Part shown: positions 19,889-27,746 of the stretch, in pieces
Layout of the letters: every line of letters starts with the position of its first letter
Position numbering within the stretch: position 1 is the first letter of the stretch
Origin: Candidatus Heimdallarchaeota archaeon
GTDB taxonomy: Archaea; Asgardarchaeota; Heimdallarchaeia; Heimdallarchaeales; Heimdallarchaeaceae
Length of the DNA stretch: 42,996 nucleotides
Reading direction: 5' to 3'
Assembly (NCBI GenBank): GCA_021399395.1
Contig: JAAFKJ010000123.1
Location: 1 to 42,996, forward strand
Position numbers and translations under genes: made by a program
Notes under the pieces: generated by a model
The model's database searches: none
What the model was told of the DNA's origin: nothing
The model's input: the letters and a program-made list of their open reading frames with translations, nothing else

Positions 19889-20878
19889 ATGACAATATTA
19901 GTTACAGGAGCAACAAGTGCTGTGGGTTATTTCATAGCAAAGAGAGTGAGAGAACAATATCCAGAGACGGAGATCAAAGCTCTATCCCGTTCAGGAAAGA
20001 AAGCAAAAGAGTTAGAGGAATTGGAGATAGGTATAGTCAAGGGAGATCTTACTGATATTAATTCTCTCTACAAAGCTTTGCAGGGTGTTGATATAGTTTA
20101 CAATGCTGCGGGAGAAGCACGAGATTATATCCCATCAAACCTCTACTATGAGGTCAATGTAGATGGGACAAGAAATATACTCGAAGCATTTGTTAAGAAT
20201 AAAGGTAAGAGGTTTATGCATGTTAGCACTGTTGGTATATATGGTTATCAACCAAAACATCAACCCATAAAAGAAACTCATCCTAAGAAATCTGACCATC
20301 CTTATCATAAAACCAAGATGATTGCTGAAGACCTAGTTTTTCAATATGCAAGGGAGCATGGTTTTTTTGCAACAGCTGTTAGACCACCTTACATTGTAGG
20401 ACCAAGAGATAGGCAAGTTGCACCAAAGGTATTTGATTATCTATTGAAGGAACGAAAGATTCCATTAGTTGGTGGGGGAAATGCCATTGTTTCCTTTGTT
20501 CATCATGATGATGTTGCTGAAGCGTTAGTTCTTTCTGGAGAAGTAGAATCTGCAAATGGTGAAGCTTTTCATGTTATTGGTGGAACGTGCACAGCCAGAG
20601 AACTGTTTCAGCTAGCAGGTGAAATCACTGGAAAAGAACCCATTTTTCAAGAAATAGGTTTTCCATTAGCAATTACTGTAGCAATAATGAGTGAAACTAT
20701 GGCAAAAATAAAAGGTTCAAAACCAAAAATCTCGAGAAGAAGGGTAAATCAATTCAGTAGAACACGAGTGTATAGTATTGATAAACTAAAAGAAATAGTT
20801 GGATTTGTACCAAAATACGATGTAAAGAAAGCATTTCAAGATGCATTCACTTGGATGAAAGAAGAAAAGATAATTTAG
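19889..20878 (+). CDS. NAD-dependent epimerase/dehydratase (extended SDR, 3-beta-HSD-like)
   Basis: LVTGATSAVG, VNVDGT, YHKTK, VGPRD. Confidence 0.88.
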   Translation: MTILVTGATSAVGYFIAKRVREQYPETEIKALSRSGKKAKELEELEIGIVKGDLTDINSLYKALQGVDIVYNAAGEARDYIPSNLYYEVNVDGTRNILEAFVKNKGKRFMHVSTVGIYGYQPKHQPIKETHPKKSDHPYHKTKMIAEDLVFQYAREHGFFATAVRPPYIVGPRDRQVAPKVFDYLLKERKIPLVGGGNAIVSFVHHDDVAEALVLSGEVESANGEAFHVIGGTCTARELFQLAGEITGKEPIFQEIGFPLAITVAIMSETMAKIKGSKPKISRRRVNQFSRTRVYSIDKLKEIVGFVPKYDVKKAFQDAFTWMKEEKII

Positions 20879-20893
20879 TGCATCATGATTCTT

Positions 20894-21631
20894 CTATTCA
20901 AATCCATATTTCTCTTCTATTTCATATATGGTCATTTTATTGGATTTTTCTTTGTAGCCCTTCTTCACAAAAAGATTGAATTTGAACAAGTCTAGAAACC
21001 CTTTGAAAAGTCTCTTAGTTCCGTATTTTGATTTTCCACTTAATCGAGGACGATGAGAGACTTTCTTCTCTGATATTCTAAAACCTCTGCTTGCTATAAT
21101 TGCAGGTAAATATCTGTGTGCACCTTTTATCAATGATAAATCTGTTACAACTTCTTTTCTATAAACTCTTAACATACAGTTATTGTCATGAATCCGAACT
21201 TTGCTAAAAATTCCATTAAGAATATTATAGATCTTTGAATTGAGTTTCTTAATTGCCGTATCTTGACGATTATTTCTCCATCCGCAAATAACGTCAAAAT
21301 CGTTAGTCAGTTCTAAAATAAGTGAAGGTATATTCTTTGGATCATCCTGCCCATCTCCATCAAGTGTAACAACTATCTCTCCTTTTATGTGATTAAATCC
21401 AGCAGTTAGAGCTGCACTTTTCCCAAATCGCTGACTTAGTTGAATGGCTCGTAAATTGTTCTTACCTGATATCATTTTTTTTAGATTAACGAGTGTATTG
21501 TCGTTTGATCCATCATCTATGAAGATAATCTCGAAATCTTGCGATTGTTCAGCAAGTACATCTCTCAGCTCTTCATAGAGTGATAGTACATTATCTTCTT
21601 CGTTGAATACAGGAATGACTGCGGATATCAT
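20894..21631 (-). CDS. GT2 glycosyltransferase (polyprenol-phosphate glycosyltransferase-like)
   Basis: SAVIPVFNEE, IDDGSND, DGDGQDDP; start reset to MISAV because the ORF extension overlaps tRNA-Ala. Confidence 0.9.
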   Translation of the reverse strand: MISAVIPVFNEEDNVLSLYEELRDVLAEQSQDFEIIFIDDGSNDNTLVNLKKMISGKNNLRAIQLSQRFGKSAALTAGFNHIKGEIVVTLDGDGQDDPKNIPSLILELTNDFDVICGWRNNRQDTAIKKLNSKIYNILNGIFSKVRIHDNNCMLRVYRKEVVTDLSLIKGAHRYLPAIIASRGFRISEKKVSHRPRLSGKSKYGTKRLFKGFLDLFKFNLFVKKGYKEKSNKMTIYEIEEKYGFE

Positions 21632-21701
21632 AATGATAAACAGGGGTGCTTTTACACTAACAAAAGTTTTTCCAAAGCTCTTAAGATGTCTAAAAGAAAG
21701 A

Positions 21702-21777
21702 TGGTGGACTGGTCGGGACTTGAACCCGAGGCCTCTTCGGTGCAAGCGAAGCGATCTTCCAACTGATCTACCAGCCC
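21702..21777 (-). tRNA. tRNA-Ala (TGC)
   Basis: GGGCTGG/CCAGTCC acceptor with G3:U70, anticodon TGC, TTCAAGT T-loop, CCA. Confidence 0.96.
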
Positions 21778-21979
21778 GTGTTAGATTGCTTTCTATTAAT
21801 TCTTTTTTTAACGTTTCGATATCGAAATTCTTTTTTTTACAGTCAAGAAATCATAAAATAGCACTTTTATGCTTTTTCTTGATAATAGCCGGGTATTACA
21901 CTTCCCGACAAAAACAAGTCCACAAACTACCGACAAAAAAGGTAAAACTGGAGATTAAATCTAATTTGGCGTAAAACAG

Positions 21980-22140
21980 CCCCTCCCCATAGTTTCCAAT
22001 GGAAATAATGGTTTATTGGCGTTTAAGCCTCTCTCTTGAGAAATCAGCAATCCCGCAAATTATTTCCTTATATCTATTAAATTTCCATTGGAATAATAAA
22101 ACGTTAAGTAAATATATTAGATGGTTTTTTAAGTAAATAT
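21980..22140. promoter_or_regulatory. Inverted ORB-like boxes and AT-rich repeats (candidate replication origin or operator array)
   Basis: Minus strand ATTTCCATTGGAAACTATGGGGAGGGG (21980-22006); plus strand ATTTCCATTGGAA (22081-22093); TTAAGTAAATAT twice. Confidence 0.5.
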
Positions 22141-22176
22141 TATCTCAGTATAAATAACGAAAACTGCAAGAAATAA

Positions 22177-22497
22177 GTGATGACGATGGTAACAATCAAC
22201 GAAGCACAGAGAAAATTGCTCGAACTCATTAACAGTAGAAACAGTGTAAAACAATTAGATGTAATGAATATTCCAAAAACCCCTAGTAGAATAATGGGAG
22301 AAAAGATGTTGAATGCTTTTGCAACCCAAATACTGGATGATTGTGAAGGATTAGAATGTGATCCAACAATTGAAGATGAATTAATTGAAAGTCTATTAAG
22401 TACACTAGCATTAGCAGGTGTAGTAGGAATAGATTTAGAAAGAAAATTAGTGGAAATATTGGGTTTAATGGAAATTGTTACTGCTGATAGTTCATAA
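22177..22497 (+). CDS. Hypothetical protein, weak MazG-like helical C-terminus
   Basis: IEDELIESLLSTLALAGVVGIDLE resembles the MazG-family EEELADxxxxLxxLAxxxGIDLE. Confidence 0.6.
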   Translation: MMTMVTINEAQRKLLELINSRNSVKQLDVMNIPKTPSRIMGEKMLNAFATQILDDCEGLECDPTIEDELIESLLSTLALAGVVGIDLERKLVEILGLMEIVTADSS

Positions 22498-22737
22498 TAT
22501 CAAGAACAAGCAAGTCTCTGTCGGTGGGAGGGATTCACTCTCATCCCTACAAGTATAAGTGATGAGAACATCTAAATAAGCGATTTTTAAGATTAGTTTG
22601 ATAATTAGTCCAAAACATAGAATGGTTAAGTTAGGACTATATAATCTTAAACGGGAGGAACGATTCACATTGTTGTTATACAATGAAACATTATATATTA
22701 TTTTGATCTGATTCATTAACAATTAAATGCGTTTAAG

Positions 22738-23604
22738 CTATTGAAGGCAATATACTGCTGAATGGCTTGTGGTATCTATAAATTTAATATGAAAATCATT
22801 GTCTTTGATTATTTCCTTCAACTTGTCAGGATTAATGAAATTCCTTGTATTTCTATAAATCTCTCTTTCTTCTAGTTCGTATTCTCGAGTTAATCGGTTA
22901 TATGAGGAATATGTGATTGCTTGCATTCCATAGTCTTTCTTAACTGCTGGAAAAAGGTAATGCTCGCTTGCGATAATGTCATTGCCTGGTTCTATTAGTA
23001 ATTCTCCGCTGTAATCTCCTTTTAGATTTTTTGAATTGAATTTGTTATCAGTTGCTTTTGGTTTGTAAGTTGAAAAAATAAATAACCCATTAGGATTCAA
23101 TTGTCTCCTTACAGCTGAGAAAAACTCTTTCAACATTGAAATAGGTAAACTTGGAAATGTATTCATTGGTAGAACTATAACATCAAACTGTCTTTGATAC
23201 ATGTTATTATTCTTTAAGAAATCATCAAAAAAGACATCACAATTTTCTAGCAATAAGTTCTCTTTTGAATAAGCTTGGAAGTATTTCTTACAATGTTTAC
23301 AGACCTCTATTCCAAATAATTGTGCCTTTTCAATTTGCTTCTCATTTTCTATTGTAATCTTGTTTAGAACTCTTCCATAAGCAGTACCAATCTCTAATAT
23401 TGCTGTTGGATTGTTATCAAATATGAATTGAATCTCAGGATCATCTCTATTAGCATGATTTTTCCTTCTTCTCCAAAAAACATCAGCCCAAAAATGTGAG
23501 GAATGTAAATCGTTTCTTATGTTTAATATTGATTCATTTTCCATTAAGAATCCAGAGTCATGTAGTTTCTGCAATTCAGATTCGATTTCATGCTTGGAAA
23601 ACAT
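22738..23604 (-). CDS. Class I SAM-dependent methyltransferase
   Basis: ILEIGTAYGRV, FDVIVL, LNPNGLFIF. Confidence 0.85.
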   Translation of the reverse strand: MFSKHEIESELQKLHDSGFLMENESILNIRNDLHSSHFWADVFWRRRKNHANRDDPEIQFIFDNNPTAILEIGTAYGRVLNKITIENEKQIEKAQLFGIEVCKHCKKYFQAYSKENLLLENCDVFFDDFLKNNNMYQRQFDVIVLPMNTFPSLPISMLKEFFSAVRRQLNPNGLFIFSTYKPKATDNKFNSKNLKGDYSGELLIEPGNDIIASEHYLFPAVKKDYGMQAITYSSYNRLTREYELEEREIYRNTRNFINPDKLKEIIKDNDFHIKFIDTTSHSAVYCLQ

Positions 23605-23696
23605 AAGATTCTACTGTAACCAACTGCTGACCGAAAACTTACTCAATCTTATCTAAAAGGCACAAGAATTATCTGAAGGGAGAAGAAAATATAACT

Positions 23697-24296
23697 ATGT
23701 TAGTTAGAATTGGTATAGCAGCATCCATGCAAGGAGTATCAGCGAGCACTATGAGAAGGTGGGAAAGGGAAGAGAGACTCCTCCCTTACAAGAGGACAAG
23801 AGGAGGGCACAGGAGATACAAACTCTCGCAAATGATAGGAGAAGAAGAACAGGAGGAAGAGAACGACCCTCAGCTCAACCCGATAGTGCTAGGATATGCT
23901 AGGGTAAGTGGAGCAAAACAGAAGAAGGAGTTAATTACTCAGCAAGAACATCTACTATCTTTTGCTAAGCAACAAGGGTGGAAGGTAGAGAAGATCTTTA
24001 CAGATATTGCTTCAGGGATGAATGACCAGAGAAAAGGATTACACGCGCTACTACAAGCTGTAGCAACGAAGCAACCGTTTGCTGTCATCTGCACATATAG
24101 AGACAGGATAGCGAGGTTCGGGACGAAAGTGATTAACCAGTTTTGCCAGACCTTTGACACGAAAGTTATCTCTGTGTATCAACGAGAAGAGCAAGCAGTA
24201 GAGAAAAAGTTAGTAGAAGATATGATCGCTCTCCTCACCTCGTTTGCAGGGAGATTGCACAGACAGAGGAGAGGGAAAGCACCACCAAACCAGTGA
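23697..24296 (+). CDS. tnpA: IS607 transposase (MerR-type HTH + serine recombinase)
   Basis: GVSASTMRRWE, RTRGGHRRY, YARVS, DIASG, DRIARFG, LVEDMIALLTSFAGRL. Confidence 0.95.
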   Translation: MLVRIGIAASMQGVSASTMRRWEREERLLPYKRTRGGHRRYKLSQMIGEEEQEEENDPQLNPIVLGYARVSGAKQKKELITQQEHLLSFAKQQGWKVEKIFTDIASGMNDQRKGLHALLQAVATKQPFAVICTYRDRIARFGTKVINQFCQTFDTKVISVYQREEQAVEKKLVEDMIALLTSFAGRLHRQRRGKAPPNQ

Positions 24297-24344
24297 TTTT
24301 TCTCGGGTTTATATAGCAATCTAAGTATTATACTTACGAAGAAG

Positions 24345-26288
24345 ATGGGCACACAAGCAGCAAGCACCTCTCAAACTTCTCCGCCTATTCTCTTAGACAA
24401 GGTGATGAGGAGTTATCAGATAGCGCTGAAGTGTGACACACCCTCTCAACGAGAAGAAATCAACCGAAGAATTAGGGATTTTGAAGAAAGACAACACAAC
24501 CTCCTCGGTCAAGATGTGGTCAAAAAAGCTTTAGCCCTCTATCGCACTAACCCCAAGGAACGCTTCTTTGTTCGCCAAGTAGGGAAAGCGGTGGGGAAGA
24601 ACCCTAACATCGCTGAGAGCGCTTATCACTGGCTCCAGATAGCAGTGAAGGGGAAGATAGACAAAGAGCAGAAAGTGCAAGGGATGCTCAATTTCTTGCA
24701 TAAGAACCCTCAACAATTAGTAGAATGGATGATTTTCGGTCGCTCTCCTTATACTGAAAGCAGTCTGGGAAAATATTGGCGACTGCACAGAAGGTACGTG
24801 ATTAATCTTCTTACAAGTTCTAGAACGCAACTGGACAGTTATAGTAAAAAGACCAAGAGGAACTATTATTTTTCCAATTCTTTAGTCCTTAATGGAGCGC
24901 TCCCTACTTACAATCAACAAGATGTTGTCCAAGCAATCGACGATGCTCTAACTCACCAGACCACTACTTTCTCCCAACTACCTTCCCTCTCGAAGAACCA
25001 GCAAGCGTTCATGAATAAACTCCACCTCTTAAAACAAGAGCAAATAATTGTTGCTCCTTTCCTCACCTCGTGGATCAACAGTTACCAAACTTCTCGTTGG
25101 AAAAGTCTCAAACAATTAGCTAAGGAACTAGCAGAAATAATGGGTAAACCTACTCGAAAACTCTTCTCTGCCGTCAGGCAGGTGGTAGTTTTCACACTCT
25201 TTGACCAGTTCATGCAGAGTGTCCCTCAGTTATTACAAGGTCTACCTGTAACTGCACTCGTTCCCCCACCATTTAAACGTAAAAAACAAGGAAGATTACC
25301 AGTAAAATTGTTAATGAAAAAAGATTATGTTATCACCCGTGAAGGGAATGCAAAAGATTTGACCAGACAAGTAAAGAACCATGGTAGAACCACTTTAGGT
25401 TTTCCGCAGAAGGGGAAGAAGAAACTAACAGCTCAAGTGCTCTTTCCCCCCAAAGTCTTGGAGTATCTCCGAAATGGTGCCGAAATTAAAGTTTTCCAAG
25501 TTAGTAGTGGCAGTGCTCCCAGTTTCAAACCCCGTGTAGATGTGGTGCTAGAAGGGACGCATGACTGCTTCCGCTCTCACAAGCTCCTCCACACTTACCT
25601 CCCTAAGATTCCTAAAGGTAAGAAGCAAATCCTAGGGTTAGACATCAACCGCTTGGGAGAGTTTATGGTGGCATTTAATTCCCCCGTTTCAGTTCCTTCA
25701 GATTTGATGAACCTAGCTGAACGCTACAATCATCTCAAGAAAGTTATAAAAGAGCTCAACCTCGGTTTCCTCCGCAAACGTAAAGAGTACAACATTCTTG
25801 GTAGCTGTAAACTTAAGAGCGAACTTACTAGAGTCTATAAACGTCGTCACCGTCTTCTCCGTGAGATTACCCGTCGTTTACCTCATTTCTTAGCTGCAGT
25901 GATAGTGAAGAAGCAGTGCCATACTCTGAAGATCGAAGAGTTGGAGGTTGATCCTTCTGGTACCAAAGGAGCTTTAGCTCAAGCTATTTACACCATGCCT
26001 GATAATCTTTACATTTACAAGAAAGCTGTCTGGTTAGCTTCGCTTGAATTGGGTTACGATGTCCGTTTAGAGACGGTCAACCCTTACCATACCAGCAGTG
26101 TCCACCACAACTGTGGAGGGACTATTCTCCGTCACCCCGGTTCTGGAAATTATGACTTCGCCCCTTGTGGTAAATGTGATCAAGTGGTCAACACTCATGC
26201 TAACGCTGCTCTCAACATCTCTTCCCTCCCAGGTACTCTCCTTCCTTACAATCTCTTCCCCTCAACACACGTGAGGGGCCCCACTTAA
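24345..26288 (+). CDS. tnpB: TnpB-family RNA-guided nuclease homolog, unusually large
   Basis: RuvC-I GLDIN, RuvC-II IEEL, VNPYHTS, HxxC/CxxC zinc finger, RuvC-III NTHANAALNI; TTTATATA at 24308-24315; alternative start ATG 24405. Confidence 0.85.
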   Translation: MGTQAASTSQTSPPILLDKVMRSYQIALKCDTPSQREEINRRIRDFEERQHNLLGQDVVKKALALYRTNPKERFFVRQVGKAVGKNPNIAESAYHWLQIAVKGKIDKEQKVQGMLNFLHKNPQQLVEWMIFGRSPYTESSLGKYWRLHRRYVINLLTSSRTQLDSYSKKTKRNYYFSNSLVLNGALPTYNQQDVVQAIDDALTHQTTTFSQLPSLSKNQQAFMNKLHLLKQEQIIVAPFLTSWINSYQTSRWKSLKQLAKELAEIMGKPTRKLFSAVRQVVVFTLFDQFMQSVPQLLQGLPVTALVPPPFKRKKQGRLPVKLLMKKDYVITREGNAKDLTRQVKNHGRTTLGFPQKGKKKLTAQVLFPPKVLEYLRNGAEIKVFQVSSGSAPSFKPRVDVVLEGTHDCFRSHKLLHTYLPKIPKGKKQILGLDINRLGEFMVAFNSPVSVPSDLMNLAERYNHLKKVIKELNLGFLRKRKEYNILGSCKLKSELTRVYKRRHRLLREITRRLPHFLAAVIVKKQCHTLKIEELEVDPSGTKGALAQAIYTMPDNLYIYKKAVWLASLELGYDVRLETVNPYHTSSVHHNCGGTILRHPGSGNYDFAPCGKCDQVVNTHANAALNISSLPGTLLPYNLFPSTHVRGPT

Positions 26289-26376
26289 ACGACGGTTAAA
26301 AAGCCTCTGGCAAGTTTAACCAAGTTTCATAACGTGTGTTTATTATGCTATATTAAGTCATCTTATCTGAAATACC
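26250..26376 (+). ncRNA. Predicted omegaRNA (right-end RNA) scaffold
   Basis: Three hairpins and a 9-bp long-range complementarity between the tnpB 3' end and the element right end; 5' boundary uncertain. Confidence 0.55.
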
Positions 26377-26449
26377 ATTTTGAAATATTTGGATTTTTAA
26401 AGCCAAAAGATAGAGATATAAACACAACTAGGTTCCCTATTTTGATAAT

Positions 26450-26974
26450 ATGGTTGGTTTAAAGCGCGGTGTTGTTGAATTAAAACCTTATAATCCGAAG
26501 TGGAAAGATCTCTTTGCACAAGAAAGCAAAGTAATCGCTTCAGCAATTTCAGATTTCTTGGTAGATATTCAGCATATGGGTAGTACTGCCATTCCAGATA
26601 TAGTTGCTAAACCAATTATAGATATTGCACTTGCGATTAATTCCCTTGAGAATATTGAGAAAATCATTGCTCCATTAGAGAAGATAGGTTTCATCTACAG
26701 GGGAGAACAAGGAATTCCGGATAGACATCTATTTGTTAAAGGTGGAGAAGAACTCAGAACCCATCATCTTCATGTTATGTTTAATGAACATTATGAATGG
26801 AAGAAACACATGGCCTTTAGAGATTACTTACTAGCGAATCCTGAAGAAGCACGTGAATACTCGGAACTAAAAAAGAAATTAAAACAAGAGTATAAAGATG
26901 ACAGAGTTGCTTATACCGATAGCAAAACTGAATTTATCAATGGAATTCTAGAAAAAGCTATGAAATCAGATTAG
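26450..26974 (+). CDS. GrpB family (UPF0157) nucleotidyltransferase-fold protein
   Basis: HMGSTAIP..AKPIIDI, THHLHV, FRDYL, YTDSKTEFI. Confidence 0.9.
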   Translation: MVGLKRGVVELKPYNPKWKDLFAQESKVIASAISDFLVDIQHMGSTAIPDIVAKPIIDIALAINSLENIEKIIAPLEKIGFIYRGEQGIPDRHLFVKGGEELRTHHLHVMFNEHYEWKKHMAFRDYLLANPEEAREYSELKKKLKQEYKDDRVAYTDSKTEFINGILEKAMKSD

Positions 26975-27303
26975 TAAAGTTTCCCACCTAGAGGAACTTC
27001 TGTATCTGGACTAAGTAGTATACAATCACCTGCTTCATCAGGTACTCCAACGATTAATATTTCTGACTTTGATGGACCAATCTGACGTGGAGGAAAATTA
27101 ACTACAGCCATGACATACTTGCCTTTTAGTTCTTCTTTAGTGTAATTTGTTACTAATTGTGCAATGGACTTCTTTGATCCAATAGTCTCCCCAAAATCAA
27201 CAACCAATTTGTAAGAAGGCTTTCGTGCAGCTGGATAATCTTCTATACTCACAATCTTACCTACTCTTAAGTCAACTTTCTCAAAATCAGTGAATGAAAT
27301 CAT
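26971..27303 (-). CDS. csaA: CsaA / Trbp111-like tRNA-binding chaperone
   Basis: DFEKVDLRVGKI, ARKPSYKL, VVNFPPRQIG. Confidence 0.9.
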   Translation of the reverse strand: MISFTDFEKVDLRVGKIVSIEDYPAARKPSYKLVVDFGETIGSKKSIAQLVTNYTKEELKGKYVMAVVNFPPRQIGPSKSEILIVGVPDEAGDCILLSPDTEVPLGGKLY

Positions 27304-27362
27304 AAGCCATATTTGTATAACACCTTATTATGATTTCTTAAAGAACAGATTTGAAAATTTAA

Positions 27363-27437
27363 TGGAGCCTCGGGGGGGATTTGAACCCCCGGCTAATTGA
27401 TTACAAGTCAATCACTCTACCTCTGAGTTACCGAGGC
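27363..27437 (-). tRNA. tRNA-Thr (TGT)
   Basis: GCCTCGG/CCGAGGC acceptor, ATTGA-CT TGT AA-TCAAT, CCA. Confidence 0.96.
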
Positions 27438-27660
27438 TACATTCAACAAGGAGTTTTGAGCATAGTCCTATAAAAAATATTTTGATAGTCACTAAAATCT
27501 ACACTTGAGTGTAAACGATAGATTATATTTATGCAGACCCCGGGTCAAAACTTTCATTTTGTATCTGTTGATGCGCTTGAAAAGACTGGTGTAGAAATAA
27601 GAGAATAGAAAAAAAGGTTTAAAAAGAAAAAGAAAGTAGAACGAATGTAACCACCATGTT

Positions 27661-27737
27661 GCCGTTGTAGCTCAGTCCGGTGGAGCAATCGGCTGTTAAC
27701 CGATCGGTCGTGGGTTCAAATCCTACCAGCGGCGCCA
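27661..27737 (+). tRNA. tRNA-Asn (GTT)
   Basis: GCCGTTG/CAGCGGC acceptor, ATCGG-CT GTT AA-CCGAT, CCA. Confidence 0.96.
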
Positions 27738-27746
27738 TTTCTTACT

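Larger units (their letters stand above)
23631..26376 (+). mobile_element. IS607-family insertion sequence (tnpA + large tnpB)
   Basis: Serine recombinase plus TnpB; TTATCT-core repeats near both ends; CC dinucleotide at both inferred boundaries; visibly higher GC than flanks. Confidence 0.85.

Noticed and set aside
21603-21974. 123 aa ORF and the N-terminal extension of the GT2 ORF
   Set aside because: Both run through tRNA-Ala (WWTGRDLNPRP is a typical tRNA antisense translation)
22492-22722. 76 aa minus-strand ORF
   Set aside because: Non-ATG start, atypical composition, no motif
26288-26450. CRISPR array next to the large TnpB (Cas12-like system)
   Set aside because: No repeat-spacer array here or anywhere else I could see in the window
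27536-27546. GACCCCGGGTC palindrome between divergent tRNAs
   Set aside because: Short, single occurrence, compatible with chance
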